This document shows positions 36,295 through 50,691 of a stretch of 64,000 bases of DNA, piece after piece. The notes beneath the pieces were generated by a model, which saw only the letters and a list, made by a program, of their open reading frames with translations, was not told the DNA's origin and ran no database searches. Source of the stretch: Octopus sinensis (taxonomy: Eukaryota). A program made the translations under genes and the position numbers. How positions within the stretch are numbered: position 1 is the first letter of the stretch; every line of letters starts with the position of its first letter. Location of the stretch: contig NC_042997.1 in the NCBI RefSeq assembly GCF_006345805.1, forward strand, positions 16,368,001 to 16,432,000, given 5' to 3'.

Positions 36295-36668
36295 TTTATT
36301 CTTTTATTCTTTATTTGTTTCAGTCATCAGGCTGCGGCCATACTAAAGCACCACCTTTAGTCGAACAAATTGACCCCAGGACTTATTCTTAGTAAGCCTA
36401 GTACTTACTCTATCGGTCTCTTTCGCCGAACCGTTAAGTTAAAGGGACGTAAACATGCCAATATCGGTTGCCAAGCGATGGTGGGTGGACAAACGCGCGC
36501 GCGAGCACACACACACACATATATACGACGGGCTTCTTTCAGTTTCCATCTACCAAGTCCACTTACAAGGCTTTGGTCGACCCGAGGCTATAGTAGAAGA
36601 CAGTTGCCCAGGGTGCCACGCAGTGGGACTGAACCCGGAACCATGTGGTTGGTAAGCAAGCTACTTTA
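36295..36668 (-). mobile_element. tRNA-derived SINE, family C
   Basis: Head GTAGCTTGCTTACCAACCACATGGTTCCGGGTTCAGTCCC; tail GTGCTTTAGTATGGCCGCAGCCTGATGACTGAAACAAATAAAGAATAAAAGA. Confidence 0.8.
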
Positions 36669-36829
36669 TTTCATTAAACTTGCCATGAAGGCATTACAAA
36701 GAGGGGACGAACAAGGACAGACAGACATAAAAAGGCGAAGTAGCTGCTATAACGATTAAAAATTCACGTTTCAGATAATAAATTTATGTGATACAATTAA
36801 AAATTAAATGATGACATGATACTCATTGC

Positions 36830-37290
36830 GACTTGCAAGGAATTCCCTGAAGGAAAGGTATCCGACCACCAGAGTAGAACCTTTGCTTTTTTTTCCCGCT
36901 CTCCACTTACCTGGTGCCAATCGCTTCCAGCTTGCTTTCCACAGGCTTCCATCTTTTCGGGAATCTCTCTCGTGACAGGTACCTCTTCTTCAGTCTGATC
37001 TTACAACTGAGATGGTAACTAAAAAAGTTAACTAGCCCCTGGCCGGAGACAAAGGTACCCGTCACTATGCCTCTTACACGCGTCTTCCATACTGTTTCTT
37101 TCAGTATGGCTACTACGCAGAAAAAGCAAGCCTTCCTTTCCCTCTTAAGGGAAGGAGGCGGTACAATCTCGATGATAGACTCAGCTGATAGCTGTACTCT
37201 TCCCATCGATGACAACAGTTATTCTGTGAAAGCTATCAGTTCCGTTTATTCCGGACATTCCATAAATGCGTGCAAGACAGTTTCTGTAAG
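36830..37290 (-). pseudogene. Diverged Tx1-clade ORF2 C-terminal fragment
   Basis: RVQLSAESIIEIVPPPSLKRE...FVSGQGLVNFFSYHL aligns to RVGLSAESIVNIVTPPSFKRE...FLSGQSLINFFKYHL of copy 1. Confidence 0.85.
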
Positions 37291-37621
37291 AAAATGTCAG
37301 AAAATGTCAGAAAGATAGGTCAGTTATTCCTCTCCAATAAATGTATCTCCTTCAGTGTATAAATACTACCAAACATGATTTTTATTAAACTCGTAATACT
37401 TTTTGTAGTCCCGTTCTGAATACTTTCTTGTAAACTGGTTTTAACATTTTCTTATTATTATCAAAGAATGAGTAACTGTATTTTAATACTTTTGTGATAA
37501 CTAGTACTTAACACATCAAGGCTTATACAAAGCTTTACATTTCACTTTAGACAATCTTTTTCTAAAAAAGTGAAACCGGTCAAGTCAATAAAGATCTTTA
37601 AAATTGCATTTTCAAACCTTC

Positions 37622-37661
<40 letters not shown>

Positions 37662-37690
37662 CTGAATCTAAATTTTTACTGAACTTTATT

Positions 37691-37723
<33 letters not shown>

Positions 37724-37933
37724 ATATATATTAAAAATGGGGAATTCCCAATTTTTAATACAAACTGCTCTACATCTTAGAGTGTGTTTCTCCGGATTTA
37801 TGTTTTCTACAAACGATATATATATATATATATATATATATGGAGAATTCACAAAAAAAAACAACAAAAGACGAAGACAGGTGGTGTAGACAACAAACAG
37901 ATGTATTAATATTTGCTCGGGAAGTGAAAAAGT

Positions 37934-37969
37934 CTTTAACGTTTCGAGCCTACGCTCTTCCACAGAAAG
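37934..37969 (-). ncRNA. Minimal hammerhead-like motif with variant core
   Basis: CTTT-CTGTGGA-A-GAGC[GTAG]GCTC-GAAAC-GTT-AAAG: perfect stems I and II, palindromic AACGTT, core CUGUGGA instead of CUGANGA. Confidence 0.55.
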
Positions 37970-38037
37970 GAACACAGAAAGAAACAAGGAGAGAAAATAA
38001 AGAATGTAAAGTGGCTAGCGACCTATCATGGCGAATG

Positions 38038-38086
<49 letters not shown>

Positions 38087-38487
38087 CGCGCGCGTGTGTG
38101 TATGTGTGTGTGTGCGTGTGTGTGTGTGTTCACATATACTTTTGAGGATTACTCTACGATTGAGCATGAATTTTAAATTAAGTCTGGATCCGACATATGA
38201 CATTTGAAAGAAAATTAAAAGTGAGTAACTCGTTAATCACTTTTGAATTTCTTTAATATATGACAGTCAAGTGACATCCATAAGATGTCTTTAAAAATAC
38301 ATAATTTCCTGTATTAGTTTTATTGTAATGCAAATGTTAGTCATCTGATATCACTTCATCCGCTCTATTCTCCTTTCAGTTTTTAAAATAAAGACATACT
38401 TCAAACATGACTAAGTCTAGTATTATTCTGATGCTCCCATAATGTAATTTGGAGTAACCGTGAAAGTTTCAATATTTTATAAAAGGA

Positions 38488-38862
38488 CTAGCAGTATCGC
38501 CCGGCGTTGCTCGGGTTTGTAAGGGAAATAACTATAAAGCATTTTTAGAGAGTAATAGCCAAAAAATGGGAAAAAAATGATGGTAAATTTTTTTGAGAGT
38601 TAAAAAGGTCGAGTTGCGTCCCTTAGACAGTCTGTGGTTTGTGTTTCTGATTCTCGACCCCATGTCGAATTTATCGATTTTTTTCAGAACTGGGGGAACT
38701 TTTCAAAATTTTCGCTGCGTTAGTTTTGAATTATGACATTGGGCTATGTGTGTGTCAAGTTCCATCAGAATCGGTTGAAAGCCGTGGTCAGGGTGAGGGT
38801 ACAACCTAACAGACACACAGAAACACACACAGACAAACTGCCGTTTATATATAGAGAGAAGA
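38488..38862 (-). mobile_element. Non-autonomous Helitron
   Basis: Minus strand: A|TC start, CCCG...CGGG hairpin and CTAG|T end; near-identical to 56547-56929. Confidence 0.85.
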
Positions 38863-39429
38863 TATCGTTCGTTTAATAGAGAACTATTAAACTGCCCTGT
38901 ATATACTACGCATTTAGTTACATCTCAACAAATCTGACTCCAAGTGATGTAGCTACAGGATTTGTCTTTCACTCCAGCTTGTCAATAAAAGTAACTAGTC
39001 GTTTTGGCCCAAGTCACTCCTGGACGAGCAGGCCTATGATCAAGGATGTTTCAACCGTAACCACTCCATATTTTATTTCAGCGTAATGATGTATCCAACT
39101 ATATTATTCAATGTTACCTTTCATTTTCCTTCCTTTCTTTTTTTAAGATGGGATGGCATGAGTTGAGATTTGGTTGCTCTTTCTAGCAGGCCGAGTGACT
39201 GCGCTTAGAAGTGAATCCAGCCTTTTCTATGTCCGGCATCCCTACTGAAATATTTGATTAAATTTTCACCACTACAAATGTAAGATCACGTTTAAAGTTT
39301 TAAAAAGTCGAGTTTTTAATAACTAATGTATTTTTTTAAAACTGAATCACATGCAGAGAAAAGAATAAAGCTTTGCTTTCACGCGCTAGCAAGTATAACT
39401 TGGCTGATTGTACTAACTTTCGCTTAGTA

Positions 39430-39615
39430 GTTTAGGTGCTTTTGTTCGGAGGGACTGGGCCACTAACCGCGAAGTTCTTGTCAACGTTGGTATTTCACCT
39501 CACCGAGGTGTCAGGTGATGCCCGTGAGGGCGCTTGGCTTTCCCAACGCCTTAGCCTCGCCATCGTCTGTGGTAATGCTGCGAGCGTGTTGGCTTACTTC
39601 AGTAGGTTCCATTAA
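39430..39615 (+). pseudogene. CRE-like (RLE-type) non-LTR retrotransposon C-terminal fragment
   Basis: GTGPLTAKFLSTL...EVSGDAREGAWLSQRLSLAIVCGNAASVL matches the QRxSxAIxRGNAxSVL terminal motif. Confidence 0.7.
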
Positions 39616-40957
39616 ACCTTGTGGTGTGCGATCAGTTGCAGTGATAAAAAAATATTCCCCCCCACAAATGGTTTCAATACAGGGATCTCGTCTTTCTTAT
39701 TCGCAAAATGACCACCCTTTAATTTTGCTCAGATTGCTTTCAATTTTGATGTATCAATGCAACTCTGAATTTTGATTACGATCAACCAACTACTTTATTT
39801 CGTAAATTAAAGAATCTAATGTTATTTGGAATTAAAGTTGGGAAATTTGGGTAATTTTAGCCAATCAACAGACAGCAAGGCATTAACAGCTTGTTACCAT
39901 GACAATCGCAAGTTGTGCTGTGTTTTACCTGCATGTGTTGATTCTTCACACTACAAGATTTACTTCACCCGCATTTTGTTGTAATAAAAATTTATATTTA
40001 TCAATTAGAATTTTATTATAGATATTTTTCGTCAATTGTCTTAATATTTTACATATTTTCCCTGTATAGCAAAAGTTGTTTGCGATGTTTATACAGTTTC
40101 TTGGCATTATGAAGGTGAATGGAATATGTGGACGTAGTACAGATAATTTGACATTATTTTGAATTCTGCATGTTGAAACATATAAGATACAGGTATTCTT
40201 TTTCTTGGGACAAATTCTTTGTTGACCAGTGTTATTCTTATGGTAGTTCACAAATCCAGACATGAAAACGTTACTCAACTTTGAAGTTTTGGAGACAGGC
40301 GCCCCCTTTTCACACACACACATATATTAATGATGTACACAAATACAGGGCAAGTATACATAATACTGAAATACGCATAAAGTAAACATATGCAGACAAA
40401 TATATTAAAATAACAAATTCAAAATAAATAATAAAAGCATACATTCAATGAAGAGACAAAAGAAACAGTAAGATGATACATATTGATCTTATTCAATATT
40501 TCTGTTTATTTAGAAACCTACAATGAAAAGGTAATCTCACAGACGCTTAACTATAAATTTCACAGGGTACAACCTTAAAGTAGGCACCGCTCCGTTAAAC
40601 GCAGAAAACTTATGTCTCGCTATTGACTAAAAATACACAATTTTTCGATTTTTAAACCTCTGTAAATTTTTCCTCCAGTTTTTTTTCTCCACGTCATACC
40701 TTCATAGCAATTAGACCTGGAAAACGTTATTATTATAGCCGATCTTAAGATTTTTACTGTTTTTTAAAATATGTATATTTTGTGAATGAAAAACACTAAA
40801 TCCCGATACAGTTTTAACAGAAAGATTTGGAAGAATTAGATGAAAGTTCTCCGGTAATTTTCTTTCATGTAAATAAATGTTTATTTTAATTTTAAAATCT
40901 GCCAGCAAAATCATATAAAATGACAATGTTCTAAAATATGTACATGTTTATATGTTA

Positions 40958-42876
40958 CTAGCTGGTGTACCCGGTAATTCCTGGGGGCAAAGGTGTTCTA
41001 TTGAAACGCCTTATTACTCTGGTATAAGAAAGCAATTTCGTTTATAATTGTCACAAAAGGTGTATTTTCCGTCGCGAAAAAGTACAAAAAACTGTCAGCT
41101 GGAGGAGGGAGAGATTGTTGGATGTTCGCGAGAGAGATTTTCGGAGGTTGGCAAGAAAGTACTCTGACTCGTCGTGGCATTTTAAAGGTGAACTTTATGA
41201 AGGCTAATTTATTAAAGGTAATATATAAATGTAGTATATATGTATATAATTATATGAATGAAGTGTTTAATATTTAAGAATGAAATGAAGAAAGTGCAAT
41301 TATAACGTTCACACTCACTGATGGTCGCTCTCAGTAACTGCCTTTAGTTTATTGAGTTCTTGTTTTTATAACTATCAAAAAGCAGCGAGAAGGATAGACA
41401 TATTGTTGAGAACAAATAGTTTCGTTGGAGGTCTGTTATCTCCATTCCAGCCCCTAGTGGCATGGAAGATGTTAGAAGGACAAAGACATTATTCTGCTTA
41501 GCGAAGGCATCTGGAAAATGTATAACTGCTGTAATTCACAGAAAAACTATTGTTTGACCGTGAGAAAAGCGCTGTTGAAGCGTTAACTGAAATTCAACAA
41601 TCGCGGATCAAATCTACGCTATGCCTGCATAAAGCCACTACAAATACGTTGTGGAATAAAAGAATTTATCTACTGTCATGGAAAAAGTGTCACTGTAAAA
41701 ATGTAGAATATCAGAGTAATGGGCATTCAAAAAAGTATGTATAGAAATGTATGAATGAAGTGTTTAAGGTTTAAGATTCAAATCAAGGAAGTGCAATAAT
41801 AATGTTTAGCAGTTCAAAACTGAGTAGTGAAATGCAGAATTAGGTCGGTTGGTCATGAGAATCAAATATTGATCGCTTCGCTAAAAACTGCAGATGGTAT
41901 GGGTTATTTCCCTTGGGTTGTTTAAATAGAATATTAGTGATATGTAGTAGATAGAAGGATCCATTGGAGGGGCCCTATTGTCGATTTTTTTTTTCAACAA
42001 TCTAAGTATGTCACGAGGTTTCTAAACATGAGTTCTACTCACGTGTGAAATACAGTATAAAAGTGATATTATTTGCAAAAACTAGAAATTGGACACACAA
42101 AAAAATATCAATATTCAAACTGATCGACCATAAACAATGAAACCTGTAAAATATTTCTAAATTCGATGGCTCAATTAGTTTCATGAAAATGTTGTATGAA
42201 CTGTAAATATGCAATAAATATTATGATTTGTAAAATAAGTATAAGTGATACTGGGTGTCCCAACTGAATGTGGTGTGGAAGAATTTTAAGCATTCAAAGT
42301 ATGAGTTCATTGTATTGGGACACATTAAATACGTTCTGGAATCAAACATTTTTGTAGTGTCATCGGAAATGTTTAACTGGAAAAATGTAGAATTATCGGA
42401 GTTATGGGTATTGAAAGTGTACATGCATCAAGAAAGTGCAATAATAAGGTTTAGCAGTTGAAAACTGTCAGTAGGGAAATGCAGAATTAGGTCCGCTGAT
42501 CGTGAGAATCAAATATTGATCACTTCGCTAAAAACTAACAGCTGTAAGTACAGATGTTATGGATTATTTCCCTTAAGTGTTTAAAAAATATTGTGCAGGT
42601 GCTATGGGTTATTTCCCTTAAGTATTTAAAAAATATTGTGCAGGTGCTATGGGTTATTTCCCTTGGGTGTTTTTTAAAAAAATAGTTATATGAGGTAGAT
42701 GTAAAGATCCCTTCCAAGGGCCGTATTATCGATTTTTTCAATAATGTATGTCACGAGGTTTCCAGACATGAGTTCTACTCACGTGTCAAGTTTCGTCAAA
42801 ATCTATAAAACGATGTAGGAGGAGTTAGCTAACAACGCCACAAATAAACACAACGATTTTCCACATATGTAGTAGA
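40958..42876 (-). mobile_element. Non-autonomous Helitron (~1.9 kb) with internal duplications
   Basis: CTAG 3' end with CCCGG...CTGGG hairpin, 5' A|TCTACTACATATG; repeated modules at 41750-42050 and 42430-42790. Confidence 0.7.
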
Positions 42877-43380
42877 TATATGAAAATAAAAATCCAAAAT
42901 TTAACAAGAAACAAAAAGAAATATTTTGGGTTTTTCTTCAACATACATGGTTATTAATGAGTTCTTAATTTTCAGTATTAAATTTGAAATGTATATAACT
43001 TCAGCTGATAAAAAAAACCGTTTAAAAGCCTGATGCATCTTAGTCTAACGTCACGAATTAATTTTATTTGTCAGTTAATGTTTGCTAATTAAAAAGATAA
43101 TTAATAGTTATTTCAACTTTATTCTATGTGGATGGTTTACGGGGAAAGATAACTAACGTGAATGGGAGTAAAACTGAAAATCACGTATTTTTTCTATTTT
43201 TAGAACAGTGTCCCATTACGGTTCGTAAACCTAATGACATTTGACATATTTGAGAAATAGAAGTTTTTAAGAACAAATATATTTAAGAATTTAATCAATT
43301 CTTTTATCTATACTTTTCACAGGTCAACTCTACTATAAATGAAGCTAAAATTATAGACAGACTTTATGAGTGCATGTATA

Positions 43381-43433
<53 letters not shown>

Positions 43434-43949
43434 ACACACACACAATTTCTTACCCTTGAAAAAGGTATCCCAATTTTGAGAAAAAGGAAAAGATGAACAT
43501 AAGGAACAAGGTCACAGCACTTCCATATACTTTACCAAGACATTGTTGTGTTCATGGTTTAGTGACATACAAATTCAGTTGATCACTTTGTCTGCATTTT
43601 TTTTCTTTTACTTTTACAGTACGGAAACACGGTATGTTTAGCAATAGATAGTTTTTAACCTTTTAAAATTTAACTTTCGCTCACTAGGGTGCTCAGGAAA
43701 TTTTGCAATTTATTTTGGGGTAAAAAAAAATAGCGTCTTCAAACATCTCATAATACAGTACATACTGTTTATACTCTTAAGATATCACGGAAGATATGAG
43801 AAATGAAAATTTTAAACATTTAGGGAGCATCAGATTCAATGTTGTCAAATGAAAATTATACTTTTATGCTAGACTAAAAAAAAAAAAAAAAGATTAATGC
43901 TGGTTACATATTTAACAAGAAATGTAGAAATTAAATCTTTGTTAAATAT

Positions 43950-46930
43950 ATCTGAATCAGCATCTAACAAATTCTAAACTGATGAATCCTTCAGTATTTG
44001 CAGCACTGCTGTCTTCTTTCTGCGTTGGATATGAAACCCTTGTAAAGCAATGTTGCTCGAGGCCAACAAATATCTTTACAGCATCTATCATGTCGCTTCA
44101 AACCATATATTTTTCTAGATAGAATAGCTCCAAGCAATGGAAGTTGCATCATATTTCTCAGTGATAACATTCATGCTTCTGGATAATATTTCTATATCAA
44201 CATATAAATAAATTTATTTAAAAAGATTAAGAGTAGAGTTGCAACATCTCTAAAGGGATTTCCTCCAGTAGCATTTTTGTATTATATAACATTTTGTTCA
44301 AAAATTTTTCTGTACTGTGTTGGTCTATTTAAACAAATGATTACTATTATATTGTAATTCAACACTTATATCATTCATTCCAAAAGAGGAATAACTAGCT
44401 CCTTTATATATCTTGTAATATTTTCTACAGAAAATATAAAAGAAACATTTAATGTCCTTCAGCATGTTCATACTTTCTGTTTGGCTGCTTGTGAAGGAAG
44501 ACGAGTAAACTTCAGATCTTTTTTCTAATATGTTTTCACTCACTAGCTATTATCTTCTTGAGCAGCATTTCTTCTATTTTTCTCTTAAATCTATAGCCAA
44601 AATTTGGATTAAGATTAAAAAATCCCTCAGTATTAGAATCAAAAGGATCCATTATGTTTGATAATACTCAGATATCTGCAATAGATTTTGGTCAAATAGA
44701 AAATATTTGTAAATAAGTTTTATCCACTATCATGATCATCATCATAATCGTTTAACGTCCGCTTTCCATGCTGATATGAGTTGGACGCTTTGGCATGGAA
44801 CTGGCTAGCAGAGAGCTGTCCAGACTCCAACTGTCTGTGGTGGTATGGTTTCTATGGCAAGATGCTTTTCCTAAAGCCAATTTTATTAAAACAGTTTATT
44901 CACTTCTTGAACAGGTTTTAAAAGTGGATTTAAAAATTATAATATTCTTGTAAATACAGCATAATTCATGAAATGATTGAGCAGTATCACTAGACTCATA
45001 ATTTTAAAGTAAGCTTGCAATTCAAGCCATTGATTCAAAATTCTATTTAATGCATGTTCAGTTGATTAACACCATATCGAAATAATTGCACTACTGTTTA
45101 AAATCTTCAAAAGTTGTTATCATTAACAGCAAAGTACAATTAGCAATAAGCTGTTTGCCTGATTAAAGAGTGGGAAAACCACTTTCAAATTCTACTAGCA
45201 AAAATTCCAAGCTTCTAGAGAGACATTCAACAGAATATGAGAGCTACTGGCCTGCAAAACATAAATAAATGTAATGACGAAACTTCTTGCTTTAACCTCT
45301 GATAGACACAACTCTTACCATGAAACTGGCATTGTCAACTTCAGAAGCCAATGAATTTTTAATGTCTAACTATGTTTACACGAGCTATTGGATCTTTTCA
45401 TTTTGAAGGCCAGATTTTCCTAGTTAACTAAAAAATTTGAAACTTCGTATACTGGTAGAATGTGTCAAAAGAAAACATTATTTTAAACAAAATTGAAAAC
45501 AAAATTGTAATTCGTAACTTAAACGTAGTTTAATTTTAAGAATTTTAGCCAATGAAATCGCAGCATTCGAGTTCAAATTATTTACCTCTTCTTCTGTCTT
45601 CTACATGTGCTAGAAATAACAGCTATATCTCTTAAATCGATTAATTTCGTCGCCCAATAAAAATATTAACGATATTTTTTGAATATTTTCTTTCTTTTTT
45701 TTTTACCGAAAAGGCTTCTCCCATGGTTTTGAAGGGCCAGAAACAACAAAAACAAAACAATAATATGTCTATCTCGGTCTCGAGTTTGCGCGTGGAGTGT
45801 GAGTAGTATTGTAAAAATTTGCGAGATATTTTTTCATAAAAGGATGCCGCCAGCTTGTCGGAAGCTGTGATATAAATTGGGAAAAAAATCCTCGACACCA
45901 GTGCGTAATTGGTACTTAATTTATCGACCCCGAAACGATGAAACATTGACCCCACCCCCACCCCCTTCTGTGCAAATTTGTTGCGGCAAGTGGCAAAACA
46001 CGAACGTGTATTTTTGCTTGTGTGTGTATGTATATGTCCGTTTGTATGTGTGTGTACGCTTATATATTAATTACTATGTGCTTGTGCAAATGTGTGTGTC
46101 GTGTGTGTCGTGCGTCTGCTATATTTCTTTATCAATATCGATAACGCAGCAATGTTGGGATTTCATTGGTTAAAATTCGAAGATGTTGGGATTTCATTGG
46201 TTAAAATTCGTAAAAATTAAACTACGTTTAAGTTACGAATTACAATTTTGTTTTCAATTTTGTTTACAATAATGTTTTCTTTTGACACATTCTACCAGTA
46301 TACGAAGTTTCAAATTTTTTAGTTAACTAGGAAAATCTGGCCTTCAAAATGAAAAGATCCGAGCTATTTTTTCAAAGCATCCATAATTCTATTTCCATCA
46401 TACATTCCTAAAAGTTCCAAATCAAATTAAGAATGCACAACTTTTTTGTTGTAATTAGTTAACCAATCTCAGAAGTTTGTTAACTGTGTTATTATCGGAT
46501 CCATGTAATAGAAGGCTGAAGTTTACCGTGCCAACATCAGAAATTAAATCCTCATAATGCATCCAGCAAACATTCTTTGCAGTATTTTCACATTTGGTAC
46601 GATGCAACTTCAACTTAGAACAGTTTCATTATCAGGCATTTTATTTTTGCCCAAATCTGCTAAATGATTAGTGTTAAATGAAGAATGCCAGCAAATATAC
46701 ATTACTTGGTTAGCTTCAAGCATCGAGTTTCATAACATTTCCTCATCAAAAATTAGGAGCAGAAATTGTATTAAATTAAACTGCAGTCTAATGCTCCTTT
46801 TGTTTGTTAATGGCTTACTAACAAATATTTGCTATTTTGTCACTGTCGCATCTACAAATTTTGCAGGGCGCTTTCGACTGATCAGCAGGGATTTCATACA
46901 GCTACGTACTAAATGTTATCATAGAAAGTT
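43950..46930 (-). pseudogene. Degraded hAT-superfamily transposase, interrupted by a foldback element
   Basis: Minus-strand fragments WLYEIPADQSKAPCKIC, HLADLGK..PD, LHRTKC, FSLLL, LASEVDNASFM and ALNRILNQWLELQAYFK. Confidence 0.65.
45390..46360. mobile_element. GGATC-family foldback element (~190-bp arms)
   Basis: Long TIRs and perfect 8-bp TSD GAGCTATT (45382-45389 and 46361-46368). Confidence 0.9.
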
Positions 46931-47655
46931 ATTCCTTTAGGATCTATGTTATCGCTGTTTCTTTGATCATTATCGAGAAACAAACTTTAAATGGATAAAG
47001 TTTTATACAAGGAAAAAACAAAATTTGAAAGCTCAAAACTTCATTTGCTGAAAAATTGAGTCATGTAACAAGGGTGGCCGACAACTGACACACATCAAAG
47101 CGCCCAATTGGAAGCTTGTTCCTTTTGCTAAATGGTAATAGTCCCAGTATCAGCTTTAAGTTACCGAATGTTGTCATAGAGTAAAAATTTTTACGAAATA
47201 TTACAGTATTATTTCAGTTTCTTAGTATACATGCCAAGACTATTTCCCTTCTTTTTTAGCGTTAGACTAATATATGTGTTAAAACTTGCTCTTATCATGT
47301 AATCTTTTTGTGTTTATGCATATGTATATATATATATACTGTCTAGTCATCACTCGCAAACAAATACTGAACTGGTAGCTTGCACCGCACTTTCCCTAAT
47401 AGCTTTAAGTGCTGATGTAGTCGTGAGCAGACAGACAGCCTCTCGGCCTTCCCAACCATGACCAATGTCGTAATAGTTGGTGGCTAAGAGAGCTGCACTA
47501 GAAGTCAGCTAGAACTCTTTCAGCTGACTAGAGAGGAGCAACGTAAAATGAAATGTCTTGCTCCAGGATTAATCGCGCCGCCGGTTTAGGAATTGAACCC
47601 ACGACCTTGTGATCATGAGCCCAACACCGTTACCTACTAAGCTACGCATATATAT

Positions 47656-47699
<44 letters not shown>

Positions 47700-47844
47700 A
47701 TGTATATATATATGTGTATATATATATATATATCACGTGATCACGTGACCGACCAGTCCATCAGATGTAGTTACACATCGCTGGTCACAATGCGTTTGCA
47801 TTGTTTTAGCCTTCGAATGACGCCACCCCGCTGGCTAAGCGAGC

Positions 47845-48202
<358 letters not shown>

Positions 48203-50001
48203 TACATATATGTATAAATACATATTCACAGAGACACTCCACCATTTTATCAAATTTATTTAGAATATTTAGCATTGTTATAGATATGTGTGTGTATTAT
48301 ATCGCTTGATTTGACTAATTAATAACCTTTTCTATCAAACAGCGTTAATTTTAAATCTAACATGAAAAACGTTAAATTGGCTGCATTGATCGAGTGTACA
48401 TCCTATCAACCGCATGTTAGTCTGCAGAAGCTGGCGAAAACTTGTACGAATGTCACTGGATCCATTGACGATAAATAGCTACTCTTCGTGATAGTTATTC
48501 AATCAACTAAATAACTAAATACCTCCCCTGTGGGTTTGTGGTTTTGCGCCAATAACTGAAATTAATAATTACTGAAAATTGCGATAATACTTGTAATAAA
48601 CCGAGAAAAGGGTTTCCATAATATTGTTATTTAACCCCATGTCATGTCTGATTGAGTATATCTATGATCAAAAGTAACCCAACCATTATCAATGTAGGAC
48701 TACATTATCCCGTGTAACCCTTCCTTATTGAAAACAGTAAGACGGCGGAGGAAATGTCTGGGGGAAATGACTGCTGTTTCTAACAGACCCCTCGATCACA
48801 TGATTAAGTCATTAACGACTTGTGGAGACACCGTATTTCGTTATGCAACCATAGTATACTACAAAGTATATTAAACGCTTTATAAGTCAATACTATGTTA
48901 GTAATGCTATTAAAACACTTATTAAGGTTATTTCTACAGATTTTCTATACTTCAACAAATGATTAACTCAATTGTTGTTGATGTTTTAATTGTAGGTTAA
49001 CCCTGATCGAACATCTCTTGGATCAAAGGCATTCGAGCCACGTTCATCCTACGTAAGAATACCTATCTCGTGTGTCCTTTCCTTATTTGAGACAGTAAAA
49101 TGTATTATGAGGGAGATTTGCATGCTCTTTCTAATAGGTTGAACAAACACGTCGAGGTTCCTCCTTTAGTGATATGTTTTGCGACGCTGTGAATACACAT
49201 ATATATGAATAAACGAATAGCAAGCTATTCGTTACAAATATACAAATATCTCGGAGGATATAATGACTTAAACATATTTTCAGTTTTGTTTTATTTAATC
49301 GCATGGGGTGTAAATTATTTTAAAAGACTGTTTAGAGATTATAGAACTTCAAACGTAATACTTCAGCATAGTTAATAGATCATATCAATTAAGAGAATTT
49401 TGTTTTCTTTTAAAAGATGGTCTGTTAAGTGACATGGGTTTGTTTTTGTTTTATCTTAGTTCTCACAACTTAATGTGTGTCGTCTACTTCTTAGAAATCG
49501 TTGGTTGAAATGGTTGACATTTCTCACTCGCAAACTTTTTTCATATTTTGACATTAAAAAACAACTGTTTTTACCATATTTGGTAACTAAGCAGTTAAAT
49601 ATAGGCCATGGGGAAACTGACGCAAGTTAAAGCTTGGAGCATTGTACGAGTAGATCCTCAAACCCGCTGTTCGGTTACTCGAGAGCCAATAATATAATTA
49701 CTTAGAATAATAAAAGGTAACATATTTGTGTAGGGGAGGAGTATAGTCAATGTAATGAAGACATTGCGTGGCCAGTAGATTTGCTGGAAAAGAACAGCCT
49801 CAAATCCCACCCTACTATTTTTTAAAAAAAGGACGAATTTAATAATATAGTTCTATAGATACACAATGATGTGACGGTCATGGCGAAAACGTTTTTGATC
49901 GCGTCTGGTTTCATTAGAGCTAAACAACTTTTTTTTTTTAAACTGAGATCATTATTAGTGTGACCCAATCATACCACTGCTCGGCTATATAAAGGATGAT
50001 G

Positions 50002-50691
50002 AGATCTTTACCTTTTGACCGACAGATTTTTTAAATAATTTTTTGTAACTAAACACTTTCAAACCTCGGACACTGGTAGAATGTGTCATATAAAACATCT
50101 TTTACTCTTAGCATTTTTGAGAAAAACTTATATTTACGAAGTAATTTCACGTTAAAGTAGTCCTATTTCGGTAATTTCAACCAATCAATGACGTGTATTC
50201 AGCTGAATAAAATTACTGCCGTAGTTTGTCAACAACTATTGGTGTTGTATTTTTCGTTTGTCACTGTTATTTGACATCGTTCTGCGTTTGTACTGGTTTT
50301 AGCTTTAAGGATTTAGAGTTAGGGTTAGGGTTTAGGGTTAAGGTGTTAGGGTTAAGGTGTTAGGGTTAGGGTTAGGGTTAGGGTTTTAGGGTTAGGGTTT
50401 TAGGGTTAGGGTTGTCATAAATAACAGTGACAAACGAAAATACACCGCCGGAAGTTCTTGTTGACAAACAACGGCAGTAATTTTATTCAGCTGAATACAC
50501 GTCATTGATTGGTTAAAATTACCGAAATAGGACTACTTTAACGTGAAATTACTTCGTAAATATAAGTTTTTCTCAAAAATGCTAAGAGTAAAAGATGTTT
50601 TATATGACACATTCTACCAGTGTCCGAGGTTTGAAAGTGTTTAGTTACAAAAAATTATTTTCTAAATCTGCCGGTCAAAAGGTAAAGATCC
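50002..50691. mobile_element. GGATC-family foldback element (~275-bp arms) with a central (TTAGGG)n tract
   Basis: Near-perfect inverted arms; telomere-like repeats at about 50319-50413; no TSD recognised. Confidence 0.88.

Noticed and set aside
50319-50413. (TTAGGG)n as a true telomere or chromosome fusion site
   Set aside because: Short, degenerate and located at the centre of a TIR element; similar runs occur in sister elements.
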